A DNA stretch of 64,000 nucleotides. It comes from an uncultured Candidatus Binatia bacterium. GTDB taxonomy: Bacteria > Desulfobacterota > Binatia > Bin18. The stretch lies in assembly GCA_965214605.1 (NCBI GenBank), contig OZ243961.1, positions 3,104,001 through 3,168,000 of the forward strand, read 5' to 3'. Under the pieces are notes generated by a model. The model was not told where the DNA came from. It searched no databases and worked only from the letters and a program-made list of their open reading frames with translations. How positions within the stretch are numbered: the first letter of the stretch is position 1; each line of letters opens with the position of its first letter. Of the stretch, positions 30,377-39,363 are shown in pieces. The translations under genes were made by a program, and so were the position numbers.

Positions 30377-30703
30377 CTAGGCTGCCAGCTTGGGCGAATC
30401 TCCTCCGCAGGCTGCGCAGCACGTCAACGTTGGTCGTGGTCTCCCCCACTTCGTCACCGCCTTGATGATGCCGAACAATCGCCGTCGTTCCTCATCCTCT
30501 CCTCCTGAGGTGGGGGACACGTCCGCCTGTAGAGAAGGGGTGTCCCCCATTTGGACAAAGAGCAGGGCGCGGGAGTGTCGCGTCCACCAGGGATGGAGCG
30601 TATTTGGGTGGCCGTGCCGGGTGGACTTTTCTCGCGCCGCGGCGGCGTTGACGGCCTTCGGCATTGGTGCCACTTCGATGAACTCCCTATGCAGTGCAAG
30701 CAT
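30377..30703 (-). pseudogene. Remnant of DUF1156 DNA methyltransferase (N-terminus only)
   Basis: FIEVA...VNAAAAREKSTRHGHPNTLHPWW, the DUF1156 signature; truncated to about 100 codons. Confidence 0.8.
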
Positions 30704-30721
30704 CGGTGGGCCTCAACCAAG

Positions 30722-31189
30722 CTACTCCAAATCAAAAGCGTCTTTCAGCTTCTGGCTGCAACGAATCAATCTGATTTGTTTCTTCTCGCCACGGAGGACG
30801 ATTTTTTTCTCACGAAGGGTTTCCCTCTCTATTGGCGAGATCCCTTTCCCATGAGCAAGAACTGGGACGAATTGAAAAGATCCACTGTTCGGTAGCCAAG
30901 CCTCTGCGGTTTTGGCTCCTCCCTGAAGTTGGGCAACGACGTCCGAGGCTCTGACTCTCCCACTTTTCAACTCAACGAGAGCTACCCAGGCTTTCGTATT
31001 CTTCTCGCCGACGAACACATAGTCACAGCGCTTCTGGTCGGGCGGAATTTGAAGCATGTCGCAATCAAGATCGACCAGGACAGACTTGATTGAAGAAGGG
31101 ACGGACAGGGAACAGCCGTCCTTCTTGCAGGAATGGGAACGGCAACAGGTGGGAACCTTGTTGGAGACAGCGGCGACGAGGCCCCTCAT
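30722..31189 (-). CDS. Small PD-(D/E)xK-like nuclease
   Basis: KRCDYVF...VALVELKSG...QL motif; ATGA overlap with the upstream ATPase stop. Confidence 0.7.
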   Translation of the reverse strand: MRGLVAAVSNKVPTCCRSHSCKKDGCSLSVPSSIKSVLVDLDCDMLQIPPDQKRCDYVFVGEKNTKAWVALVELKSGRVRASDVVAQLQGGAKTAEAWLPNSGSFQFVPVLAHGKGISPIERETLREKKIVLRGEKKQIRLIRCSQKLKDAFDLE

Positions 31190-32694
31190 TGGCCGATGCT
31201 TTCCTGCCTGCGGTTAAAAATGACGGCGCTCTCGTTATACAGCGTCTCGCTCACGCTCTCATAATCGGTGGGATACAGGCCGGTTTCGGGATCGAACAGC
31301 ACCTGCTTCACGATCGAACCTTTGGGGCGTTGAGTGGACTTGAACAGCCATGCCCCGACCTCGTCCGTACTGAGTGCAACGTCGGCGTCCGCAAGCCCGG
31401 TCTGCCGCTCCTTCGGCAACGTGGAAAGTTGGACGAGATTGCCAATCTGTTCGAGAAACCATTCGCTGTGCGTCGTCATAACAACGCGAACGCCTTTGCG
31501 AACCAGCCGCGCGAGTTCACGGGCAAAGGCAGCCTGCATGGCAGGATGCAGGTGGGCTTCTGGTTCCTCGATGATGAGCACATCACCGGGCCGGATGATA
31601 TGCCGTAGGTAGAGCACGACGGGCGCCAACTCCGAAACCATGGACGACGCCCGCATCAGCGGGAGATCGTCCTGCCATCCCTCGGGGCGGTAGGCAAAGG
31701 TCGGGTAGTTCATTTCGGAGGGCTCCAGCAGAATCTTGCCCTTGAGAATGTTGTGCTCCAATCCCGCCTCGAATTTGCTCGACGATTTTTGGTGAAACCT
31801 GCGAATTCCTCTCCTCGCACTTATCCCAATCAATTGATTCAGAAAGTCGGCCAATACGCCGGACAACATCGGAACGTCGCGGGAAGGACGGAGTCCGGCC
31901 ATTGCCGCACTCTGAACCAATGCACTCACGACAACCTGATGGCTGTGCATGACGCCGGTACGATCGGCCGGTAGGTAATAGGCGCTTTTTTGGGAGAGTG
32001 GTTGAAGCAGAGCGTTGAACAGGTCTCGTGACAATCTGAACAGGTGTCTGAGATCGTTCGCGTCAACTTTCGCGTCTTCAATTATTTTGAATAGCAAAGG
32101 ATCTTTTCTGTCCTTGGGGGGAATCTGCGGGGTAAGGGGAATGGTCTCGGGAATCTCGCCGGATAGCTGAGTTCCTTGTGGACCGAATTTCAGCTGGTAC
32201 TGAACCGTCCCTTCATTCTGGGGCACGTGCAGATCTATGCGTGAGACGCGGTGAGAGCCGGGCCGGCGCACCAATTTATCAAGACGATCAATACCGAAAC
32301 ATCGGCCAATTTCTTGCTCTAAAGCCTGGTCAAGTCCTTCGGCTTTTTCAAGCGCTTTTCGGATGTGTGTCTCCAAATTCTCGGGCAATGTAGGAGAGGG
32401 CCCTTCTGTCGAGAACCAGTCCGTAAGCCAGTCCGTAAGACTGTTCCGAAGAGAGGGGCTGAGACGACTAGCGCTGAACATAGGCGCTGCTAGAGACCAT
32501 TGTCGAAGCAGATCCTCGAAACACCGGTGCAAAGCGTAGATAAGGATCGCTAGATAGGACTTCCCCGTATTGCTCGGACCGACGAACACGGTAAGGGGGC
32601 GCAGGTCCACGCTGGCTTTTACGATCGGTCCGAAATTCGCCACGTCGAGGCGATAGCCGCCCGTGATCTTTGCTTTACCCGGAGGGGCGCTCAT
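31186..32694 (-). CDS. AAA_15/AAA_21-type ABC ATPase
   Basis: GPSNTGKSY, ASSMVSELAP, IIEEPEAHLHP, TTHS; GGAGG RBS before ATG 32694. Confidence 0.85.
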   Translation of the reverse strand: MSAPPGKAKITGGYRLDVANFGPIVKASVDLRPLTVFVGPSNTGKSYLAILIYALHRCFEDLLRQWSLAAPMFSASRLSPSLRNSLTDWLTDWFSTEGPSPTLPENLETHIRKALEKAEGLDQALEQEIGRCFGIDRLDKLVRRPGSHRVSRIDLHVPQNEGTVQYQLKFGPQGTQLSGEIPETIPLTPQIPPKDRKDPLLFKIIEDAKVDANDLRHLFRLSRDLFNALLQPLSQKSAYYLPADRTGVMHSHQVVVSALVQSAAMAGLRPSRDVPMLSGVLADFLNQLIGISARRGIRRFHQKSSSKFEAGLEHNILKGKILLEPSEMNYPTFAYRPEGWQDDLPLMRASSMVSELAPVVLYLRHIIRPGDVLIIEEPEAHLHPAMQAAFARELARLVRKGVRVVMTTHSEWFLEQIGNLVQLSTLPKERQTGLADADVALSTDEVGAWLFKSTQRPKGSIVKQVLFDPETGLYPTDYESVSETLYNESAVIFNRRQESIGQ

Positions 32695-32884
32695 AGACCC
32701 CCTCCATATCAATCCTCTGCCGCTGCTGCTAGGCCTTCCCCTAGGAGTGTGGGTGGGATGCTCGCCCCGCTGACGAGGTGTTCGGCCCGGTTGAGTTCCT
32801 CCCTCACCATAGTGCGTCGTCACCGTGCGATACCGGTTCTCCGCACTCTCGGAGACCACCTACCGCATTCAGGTCCGACGTGTC

Positions 32885-33062
32885 CGGGTACTGTGGAACG
32901 GTAGCCCCCGAGCCTATGATCGACCGTATCTTGACTCTGGGCGAAGCTGGCGCGGATTATGATGTGTTGCGACTTGAACGGTACACGGACGCCGAAACCT
33001 TCCGGGCCGAGAGCGAGCGCTTTGCCACTCAGGTGATCCTCGAAGTCGGCTGGCCGCCGTAG
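32885..33062 (+). pseudogene. C-terminal fragment of an LLM oxidoreductase
   Basis: CGT..PEPMIDRI..LGEAGADY...ESERFATQVI resembles an LLM C-terminus; no 5' part. Confidence 0.45.
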
Positions 33063-33109
33063 GGAGAGGTTTATGCTGTTCGGTTGGCTGCGGCCAACCG
33101 ACGGCCGGG

Positions 33110-33520
33110 AAAGTTGATGCCGTCCCATCTAGGTCGAGGAGACGGCGCATTTCCCCTGGTTCGTTGATGGTCCACACATACATTTCGGCGTCGGATCGGG
33201 GTGCCGCGGTGAGCGTCGCCTCTGTGACTAGCGGCAGACCCTCAATAGTCGAGTGGGATCTGGAGTGCCTGGCCGGGCGGGCGATAATCCGAAAGCCGAC
33301 TAGGCGCCTGAAGCCGGCCGTCTCCTGATAGCCGAAGCTTGTTGCAATTAGGAGGCACGGAGCCGGCACCGCGTCGTGTTCGGGGGCAGGGAGCACGTCG
33401 TTGGCTTTGCCGCAGGCGTTGACTACAGCCAATACCGCTCCGTCTAAGGGGCTTGTCGCCCCCGGCGCTCACCAGACCGGTATCATCTCCGAGGCTTCTC
33501 TGATCATCTTGCCGAACTGC
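33110..33520 (-). pseudogene. Glycerophosphodiester phosphodiesterase remnant
   Basis: LVTEATLTAA....MYVWTINEPGEMRRLLDL matches a GDPD C-terminus; rest disrupted. Confidence 0.6.
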
Positions 33521-33566
33521 CATGCAAGGGAGCAAACGCCTGCTGCTGCAGCACCGGACACAATGC

Positions 33567-34685
33567 CTAGCGCCGCAGCCCGGCCTGGCGCATTAAGGGC
33601 AATACCTTTTCTCCGAAGTATTTCATCTCTTCGTTATAGTCGAGCCAGCTCAGAATCATGCCCTCCAGGCCAATCTGGGACAGTTTGCAGAGTTCGTCGA
33701 CCACCTGTTCGGGCGTACCCACTAGTGGATAGCCGCCCCAGCCGGCGATAAACCGCTCGGCAAACTCGGTCAGGTGCTGCTCGGAGAAGGACTCACTCTC
33801 AATGCCCAGCAGGCCTAAAATCGTGCGGGCCGCCTCCCAGTCGCCTTTTTCAACAATGGAACGATACTTCTGCTGGGCTTCTTTTTGGGTATCGCAGCAT
33901 ACCACCAAGCCGTAGGTCATGACCCCAATCTCGCGCTGATACTGACGGGCTAGCTGTTTGATCTCGGTGGTAATGGCTCTGCCGTTTTCAAGCGTATCGA
34001 CCGCCATAAAATTGAAATCAACCTCGCGGGCGGCAAAGTCCTTACCGGCTGGGGAAAAGCCGGCGTTGATCAGCGTGGGGTAAGGCTTTTGGACGGGTTT
34101 GGGCAACAGATAGCCGTCTTTGATCTGAAAAAATTCCCCCTGATGATCAAAGCCCTGTTCGGTCCACATCCGTTTGATGACCTGAATCCACTCCGAGGCA
34201 TAGCGGTAGCGCTCGGCGTGCTCCATCTGTTTGGCGCCAAACATTTCCATTTCGGGTGTAAACCAGCCGCACACAATGTTGAGCCCCCAGCGACCGGTGG
34301 AGATATGGTCAATCGTTGCGCCCTGTTTAGCGGCCACAACGGGGTGGATGGTCGGCGCATGAGAAGTCGAAAACAACATGATGCGTTCGGTCTGGGCCGC
34401 CAGGGCGGCCGCCCAAGTATAGGTCTCCATGCAGGTCCCGTTAAAGTCGGTTGAGCCGCCAAACCCCCGCCACCGGCCGACCGGCACCAAGAGTTCAAAG
34501 CCGAGCCGGTCGGCCTGTTGGGCGATCGCTAAGGTGTGCTCGTAGGTTGCTTCATACGTCGTTTCCGCGTGCGTAATGGTGCAGCCGTTGCTACAGTTTG
34601 AGCCAAACACCCCTAGCTTCATCTTGTTGTCGTTGAAAACCGGGACAGTGGCACGGCGGTATTCCATCAGCTCGCTGGCATGCAT
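33567..34685 (-). CDS. LLM flavin-dependent monooxygenase (RutA/SfnG/SsuD-like)
   Basis: GRWRGFGG, TIDHISTGRWGLNIVCGW, NAGFSPAG, LVGTPEQV; AGGAGG RBS. Confidence 0.9.
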   Translation of the reverse strand: MHASELMEYRRATVPVFNDNKMKLGVFGSNCSNGCTITHAETTYEATYEHTLAIAQQADRLGFELLVPVGRWRGFGGSTDFNGTCMETYTWAAALAAQTERIMLFSTSHAPTIHPVVAAKQGATIDHISTGRWGLNIVCGWFTPEMEMFGAKQMEHAERYRYASEWIQVIKRMWTEQGFDHQGEFFQIKDGYLLPKPVQKPYPTLINAGFSPAGKDFAAREVDFNFMAVDTLENGRAITTEIKQLARQYQREIGVMTYGLVVCCDTQKEAQQKYRSIVEKGDWEAARTILGLLGIESESFSEQHLTEFAERFIAGWGGYPLVGTPEQVVDELCKLSQIGLEGMILSWLDYNEEMKYFGEKVLPLMRQAGLRR

Positions 34686-34718
34686 AGCGGTCTTTCCTCC
34701 TGAGGACATGGCCGAGGG

Positions 34719-35315
34719 TCAAACGGCTGAGGGCGGCACGTCCCGGCGCAAAAACGCAACAACCTGGTCCGTCAGCTCATCCGCCCTGGCATCTAGCTCG
34801 GCCTGGCTCAGATTGGCGATCGGATGGGGAGTGACGACAAACGCATAGTCTGGTGCCCCCCAGTTTTTGGCCATGGCTTGGCCAGTGGCGATAAACGGCT
34901 GGGTGATAATGGCCACGGCCGGAATACCGATTTTTTCCAGTTTCATACCGTCGAGCACACTGCTCGAACTGCACGAGCCTCAATCGCCGACGCCGGACAG
35001 CACGAGATCGGTCTGTTGCCGAAAGCGGGCCAGAGCATCCTCACTCACGCTGTGGCCGGAGGACTTTTTGCGGGCCAGATGCACCATGGTCGTGCCGTAG
35101 CGCTCGTGTAAACGGTGGGCAATTTTCAGCAGCAGGACGTCGGAGTTAAACTTTGTGTTTTCGACCAGGCCGAGCCGCAGCCCGTCCAGCGAGCGTGGAC
35201 GCGGGGCGTAGGAAAAAGAGGTCGGTGATATCTTCCCTGGAGAGGGGGCCTCGCCAATATCTTTTCCGGCCGGGTGTTGGGGCGAGACGGTTGGGTCAAA
35301 GACGGTGCGAGGCAT
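34719..35315 (-). CDS. UGSC-family selenoprotein (in-frame UGA at 34980-34982 read as Sec), 198 aa
   Basis: ORFs 34980-35336 and 34719-34958 are one frame: VLSGVGD-TGA-GSCSSSVLDGMKLEKIGIPAV; SECIS-like hairpin follows; AGGAGG RBS at 35315. Confidence 0.9.
34950..34969 (-). promoter_or_regulatory. Bacterial SECIS-like hairpin
   Basis: G(U bulge)UCGAGCA-GUG-UGCUCGAC; the 7-bp stem starts 12 nt after the UGA and the loop starts with G. Confidence 0.75.
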
Positions 35316-35332
35316 GGCGGTCCTCCTATGGT

Positions 35333-36376
35333 TCATTCAATCGGGACGGTCACACTGCGGGTCCATTTATTCCCCCAGCCCGGCAGGCAGGCCGACCAGC
35401 TGCCGGCCCGGCCACCCGCACACACGATGAGCAGGTCTTCGGGCTGGCGCATGACATACCGCCAGGTGGTTTCGTCGTCCGGCGTGATCTGTCCGGGCAG
35501 ACGCGCCGCGCGTTTAAAATCGGCCACCGTCCGGCGGGCGTGTTGAACCAGGAATTCTTGGACGCGGTGTTTGCTCCAGCCGCTCTTGGCCAGCACCTCG
35601 GTGTGTTCTCCGGCCAAAACAAGCAGGGTCTGGTTAAAACCGTACACGTTCGGCGTGGCCAGGTTGCACACGGCATCGGCAAATTCGAGCAACAGGGGTT
35701 CTGGACGGCTGGCGAGTTGGTTGTAGACACCGCTCAGGCTATTGGAGGCGTAGAGCGTTACGGTGCTGTCGTGGGGCTGAAAGCCGCGCTCGACATGGAG
35801 CGGTTGCCACGGCGTATTGGCCTCGTCCTCGGCAAAACACAGGGTGTATTTCCCTGGGGTGCCAAGCGTGGCACGGTCCAACAGGCCGGGTCTCGTATTG
35901 AGGACGTTCATCATCACCAGTCTGAGGGTGCGTCCAATCGTGGCATTGGCACGATGACCGGGGCCGAACAGATTGTTGCCCGAGTTGATGCCGAGGGCCG
36001 GACCGAGAGGACCGTTGACAATAATGGCCAGGGCCGAGCCGCCAGTGCTCGTCGCCGGATTATGATAGCTGAAGTCCGGGTGACACAGGGCTTTCACCGC
36101 GGCCAAGACGAGCGGAAAGTAGTCGGGCAAACAGCCAGCCATAACTGCGTTAATGGCGACCTTTTCCGCGGGAATTCGGGCGTTGCGTTCGGGAATCGTG
36201 CCGATGATATCGACCGGGCCAAGCTTTCCGGCGTCGAGCATGGCCCGGACCGAGTCTTCGGTTGGCGGGACAAGGGGCAGACCGTCGCTCCAGCCCTGCC
36301 GATAGTAAAACTCAATCCAGGCCGCGGCCTCGGCTGGGTCAGAGCGCGGCGGATTGTTCGCAGTGCTCACAGGCAT
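35333..36376 (-). CDS. Conserved hypothetical protein, partner of UGSC selenoprotein
   Basis: WSDGLPLVPPT, EKVAINAVMAGC, RANATIGR motifs; directly upstream of the UGSC gene. Confidence 0.8.
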   Translation of the reverse strand: MPVSTANNPPRSDPAEAAAWIEFYYRQGWSDGLPLVPPTEDSVRAMLDAGKLGPVDIIGTIPERNARIPAEKVAINAVMAGCLPDYFPLVLAAVKALCHPDFSYHNPATSTGGSALAIIVNGPLGPALGINSGNNLFGPGHRANATIGRTLRLVMMNVLNTRPGLLDRATLGTPGKYTLCFAEDEANTPWQPLHVERGFQPHDSTVTLYASNSLSGVYNQLASRPEPLLLEFADAVCNLATPNVYGFNQTLLVLAGEHTEVLAKSGWSKHRVQEFLVQHARRTVADFKRAARLPGQITPDDETTWRYVMRQPEDLLIVCAGGRAGSWSACLPGWGNKWTRSVTVPIE

Positions 36377-36403
36377 GAGCTTCCCTTGTGGGTGAACGGG
36401 CCA

Positions 36404-37165
36404 CTACTGGGCGATCAAACCGCCGTCAACCGCCATTGGCAGACCGGTCACAAATGAGGCGGCATCGGAACACAACCACGCCACCGCTTCGGCAATTTCT
36501 TCGGGCTGACCGAGGCGCCCGACCGGCTCGATCGTAGCCACCCCCTCTTCCATGGCGGGGCTTTTTTCAAAGGCGCGCTTCACCATCGGCGTTTCAATCA
36601 CGCCCGGACACACGGCATTGACCCGAATCCCGGCTTTGGCGTATTCCAGGGCGGCCGTTTTCGTCAGGCCATTCACCCCGTGTTTGCTCGCCACATAAGC
36701 GGAAAGACCCTGAAAGCCAACCAGACCGGCGACCGAAGCGGTATTCACAATAGCCCCGCCGCCGTTTTGCAGCATGACCGGGATTTCGTACTTCATGCAC
36801 AGCCACACTCCGGTCAGATCAATGGCCACAACCCGGTCAAAATCCTCTTCCGTATAGTCAACCGTTGAACACACCGGCCCTTCAATACCGGCATTATTAA
36901 ACGCGCAGTCGAGCCGGCCATAGGTTTCGACCGTCTGATTGACCATGGCTTCCACTTCGGACGCCTGTGAGACATCGGCCTTGATAAAAATCGCCTCGCC
37001 ACCGGCCTCCTTGATCAGTCTGACCGTCTCCTGGCCACCCTCAACAACAACATCGGCAACCGCTAGCTTCGCATTTTCTCGGGCCATTGTCAGACAGGTG
37101 GCCCGACCAATGCCCGAGCCTCCTCCGGTGACTAATGCAACTTTTCCATCCAAACGACCAACCAT
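36404..37165 (-). CDS. SDR family oxidoreductase
   Basis: TGGGSGIG, NNAG, YVASK catalytic YxxxK. Confidence 0.95.
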   Translation of the reverse strand: MVGRLDGKVALVTGGGSGIGRATCLTMARENAKLAVADVVVEGGQETVRLIKEAGGEAIFIKADVSQASEVEAMVNQTVETYGRLDCAFNNAGIEGPVCSTVDYTEEDFDRVVAIDLTGVWLCMKYEIPVMLQNGGGAIVNTASVAGLVGFQGLSAYVASKHGVNGLTKTAALEYAKAGIRVNAVCPGVIETPMVKRAFEKSPAMEEGVATIEPVGRLGQPEEIAEAVAWLCSDAASFVTGLPMAVDGGLIAQ

Positions 37166-37212
37166 AAGTGATACTCCTTTCTCTCCATCGTCGCTCTGTG
37201 TTAAGGGGGTTC

Positions 37213-37905
37213 CTACCTGTCCGTCTCCAACAGGGCCACCTGCAAGGCCGCGACCTCCTGTCGCAAGGCTCTCACCTCACGCAACAGCGTCTCAGACTGA
37301 GGATCGGCGTCGCGTTGCAGATAGCCAGACTCAAGAATACGGATAAATTCTTCGGCAACGGTTTCTGGCGTCCACTCGCCACCCGGTCGGTACCAGCGGT
37401 GCATCCAGTTCCACATGCCGATCAGGGCATAGGTAAAACGTTTGGGGTGGACCGGGATCAACACGCCGGTGCTCACCCCCTCTTCGATGACTTTCTCAAT
37501 AACCTGGCCAAAGGCCCGGTTGGCCCGCGTGACCGAGCGTCCCATCTCGGCTGGGAGATTGAAAATTTCCGAGAAAAAGACCTGGGCCAGAGGCATATGG
37601 GAGGCAAGGTAGTGAACATGGTGACGGGTGATGCGGCGCAGTTTCTCTTTGACCGGCAAGTCCTCGGCCGCAATACGCTCAAGCGCCGTTTGGGTCGAAG
37701 AAATGACTTGATTATAGATCTGGCGCAAGAGTTCTTCTTTGCTCGGAAAATAGGAATAAAACGCGGCTCGGGAGATACCGGCGGCAACCGCAATATCGTC
37801 TAGCGTGGTGGCGTGATAGCCGCGCTGGCTGAACATATCGGTCGCCACCCTGAGGATTTCTCCCTCGACCGCAGCGCGTTTACGAGATCGCTTGCCCGTC
37901 AGCAT
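37213..37905 (-). CDS. TetR/AcrR transcriptional regulator (KstR2-like C-terminal domain)
   Basis: HTH TTLDDIAVAAGISRAAFYSYFPSKEELL; GMWNWMHRWYRP. Confidence 0.9.
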   Translation of the reverse strand: MLTGKRSRKRAAVEGEILRVATDMFSQRGYHATTLDDIAVAAGISRAAFYSYFPSKEELLRQIYNQVISSTQTALERIAAEDLPVKEKLRRITRHHVHYLASHMPLAQVFFSEIFNLPAEMGRSVTRANRAFGQVIEKVIEEGVSTGVLIPVHPKRFTYALIGMWNWMHRWYRPGGEWTPETVAEEFIRILESGYLQRDADPQSETLLREVRALRQEVAALQVALLETDR

Positions 37906-37956
37906 GTCGCGTCCTTAGTAGCCTTTCTGGTACGGTCCAGGCAAGCCCTCTCTTGC

Positions 37957-37999
37957 TTGACACCGGTGGGGTGCTAGGCATATACACGCCAGAGTATAT
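37957..37999 (+). promoter_or_regulatory. Putative promoter with overlapping palindromic operator
   Basis: TTGACA-18 nt-TATACA; ATATAC-N8-GTATAT (37980-37999) overlaps the -10 box, between divergent TetR and LLM. Confidence 0.5.
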
Positions 38000-38065
38000 A
38001 ATGTGGACTGCGTAATATGTAGAGGAGAGAAGACGCACCGCGCAGGCTATTTGAAGGAGGAGACC

Positions 38066-39202
38066 ATGTCGTTACATGTTGGCTATGCCCCGGTTTTTCA
38101 GAATCCCGGCAACGCGCTGTCGGACGCCGAAGTATATCAAGAGGAGCTGCGTTTGGCCGAGCTGGCCGAGCCGCTGGGTTTCGACTCCGTGTGGTCGATT
38201 GAGCATCATTTTACCGACTATACCATGTGCCCGGACGCGGTCCAGTTTCTGTCCTACATGGCTGGCAAGACTAAGCATATGAAGTTAGGCACGATGGTCA
38301 TCGTCCTGCCGTGGCACGATCCGATCCGGGTTGCTGAACAAATCTCGCTGCTTGATCATCTGTCGGACGGTCGGATGATTTTAGGCTTTGGCCGAGGCTT
38401 GGCTCGGGTTGAATACGAGGGCTTCCGGATCGATCAAAACGAGGGCCGCAACCGTTTTGTTGAATACGCCGAGCTAGTTATTAACGGCCTGAAAAACGGC
38501 TATGTGGAGGGCGGCTTGGAGACTCAGCAACCGCGCCGTGATATCCGGCCGTATCCCAAATATTCCTTTGAAGGCCGCACCTATGCCGCGGCGGTGTCGC
38601 CGGAGTCGATGCCGATTATGGCCAAGCTAGGGATTGGCCTGCTGGTTATTCCGCAGAAACCGTGGGAGGTCGTGCAGCAGGATTTTGAGGTCTACCACAA
38701 GGTTTGGAAGGAAGAGCACGGGGCTGATTCCACCCCGCCCCAGCCACTCTGTGGGGGCTTCTTTTATGTGGACGAAGATGAAAAGCGGGCCGAGGAGAAC
38801 GCTTACAAGTGGATTGGTGCCTACTACCATACCGCCATGCGCCACTATGAAATGACCGGCCAGCATTTCGGAACGCATAAGAGCTACGAGTTCTACAGCA
38901 ACGTTGGCAAATATATCAGCAAACACGGCATGGACGGTGCGGCCAGAGACTTTGTCAAGCTGATGCCGTGGGGGACGCCGGACCAGGTGCTGCGCAAAAT
39001 TGAAAATATGCGCACCATGATCGATATGAACGGCATCATGTGTAACATGAGCTATGCGGGGATGCCGTACGCTGAGGTGGAGCGCAGCCTGAAGTGCTTT
39101 GCAAAACACGTCCTGCCCGAACTCAAGAAGTGGGACACTACTCCGTTGGCCGCGCCTCAGCCGCTGACCAACATGCCGGCGCCTGCTTCCAAGGCTGCCT
39201 AA
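38066..39202 (+). CDS. LLM-class flavin-dependent oxidoreductase
   Basis: GFDSVWSIEHHF, RVAEQISLLDHLSDGR, WGTPDQV; AAGGAGG RBS. Confidence 0.92.
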   Translation: MSLHVGYAPVFQNPGNALSDAEVYQEELRLAELAEPLGFDSVWSIEHHFTDYTMCPDAVQFLSYMAGKTKHMKLGTMVIVLPWHDPIRVAEQISLLDHLSDGRMILGFGRGLARVEYEGFRIDQNEGRNRFVEYAELVINGLKNGYVEGGLETQQPRRDIRPYPKYSFEGRTYAAAVSPESMPIMAKLGIGLLVIPQKPWEVVQQDFEVYHKVWKEEHGADSTPPQPLCGGFFYVDEDEKRAEENAYKWIGAYYHTAMRHYEMTGQHFGTHKSYEFYSNVGKYISKHGMDGAARDFVKLMPWGTPDQVLRKIENMRTMIDMNGIMCNMSYAGMPYAEVERSLKCFAKHVLPELKKWDTTPLAAPQPLTNMPAPASKAA

Positions 39203-39231
39203 GACGTGTCCTCATTCCCGGGAATGTCTGT

Positions 39232-39264
39232 GGCGGGGCGGCCAAGCGGTCGCCCCGCCTTGTT
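39232..39264 (+). terminator. Rho-independent terminator
   Basis: GGCGGGGCG.CC / GG.CGCCCCGCC stem followed by a T-rich tract. Confidence 0.65.
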
Positions 39265-39363
39265 GTCTGGCTTTCGTCTTTTTTTGCTATCAGCTACACT
39301 CACCCAGGCGGTCAAAGGAGCAGCCCGGCCGGCTCTCACCGCTTAGTCGAGGAGGATTGAGCA

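Noticed and set aside
28640-32694. Naming these modules Gabija, Septu or PARIS
   Set aside because: No UvrD helicase, HNH partner or separate AriB recognised; needs HMM confirmation
35153-36457. 434-aa plus-strand ORF
   Set aside because: Antisense shadow of the real minus-strand genes; no motifs
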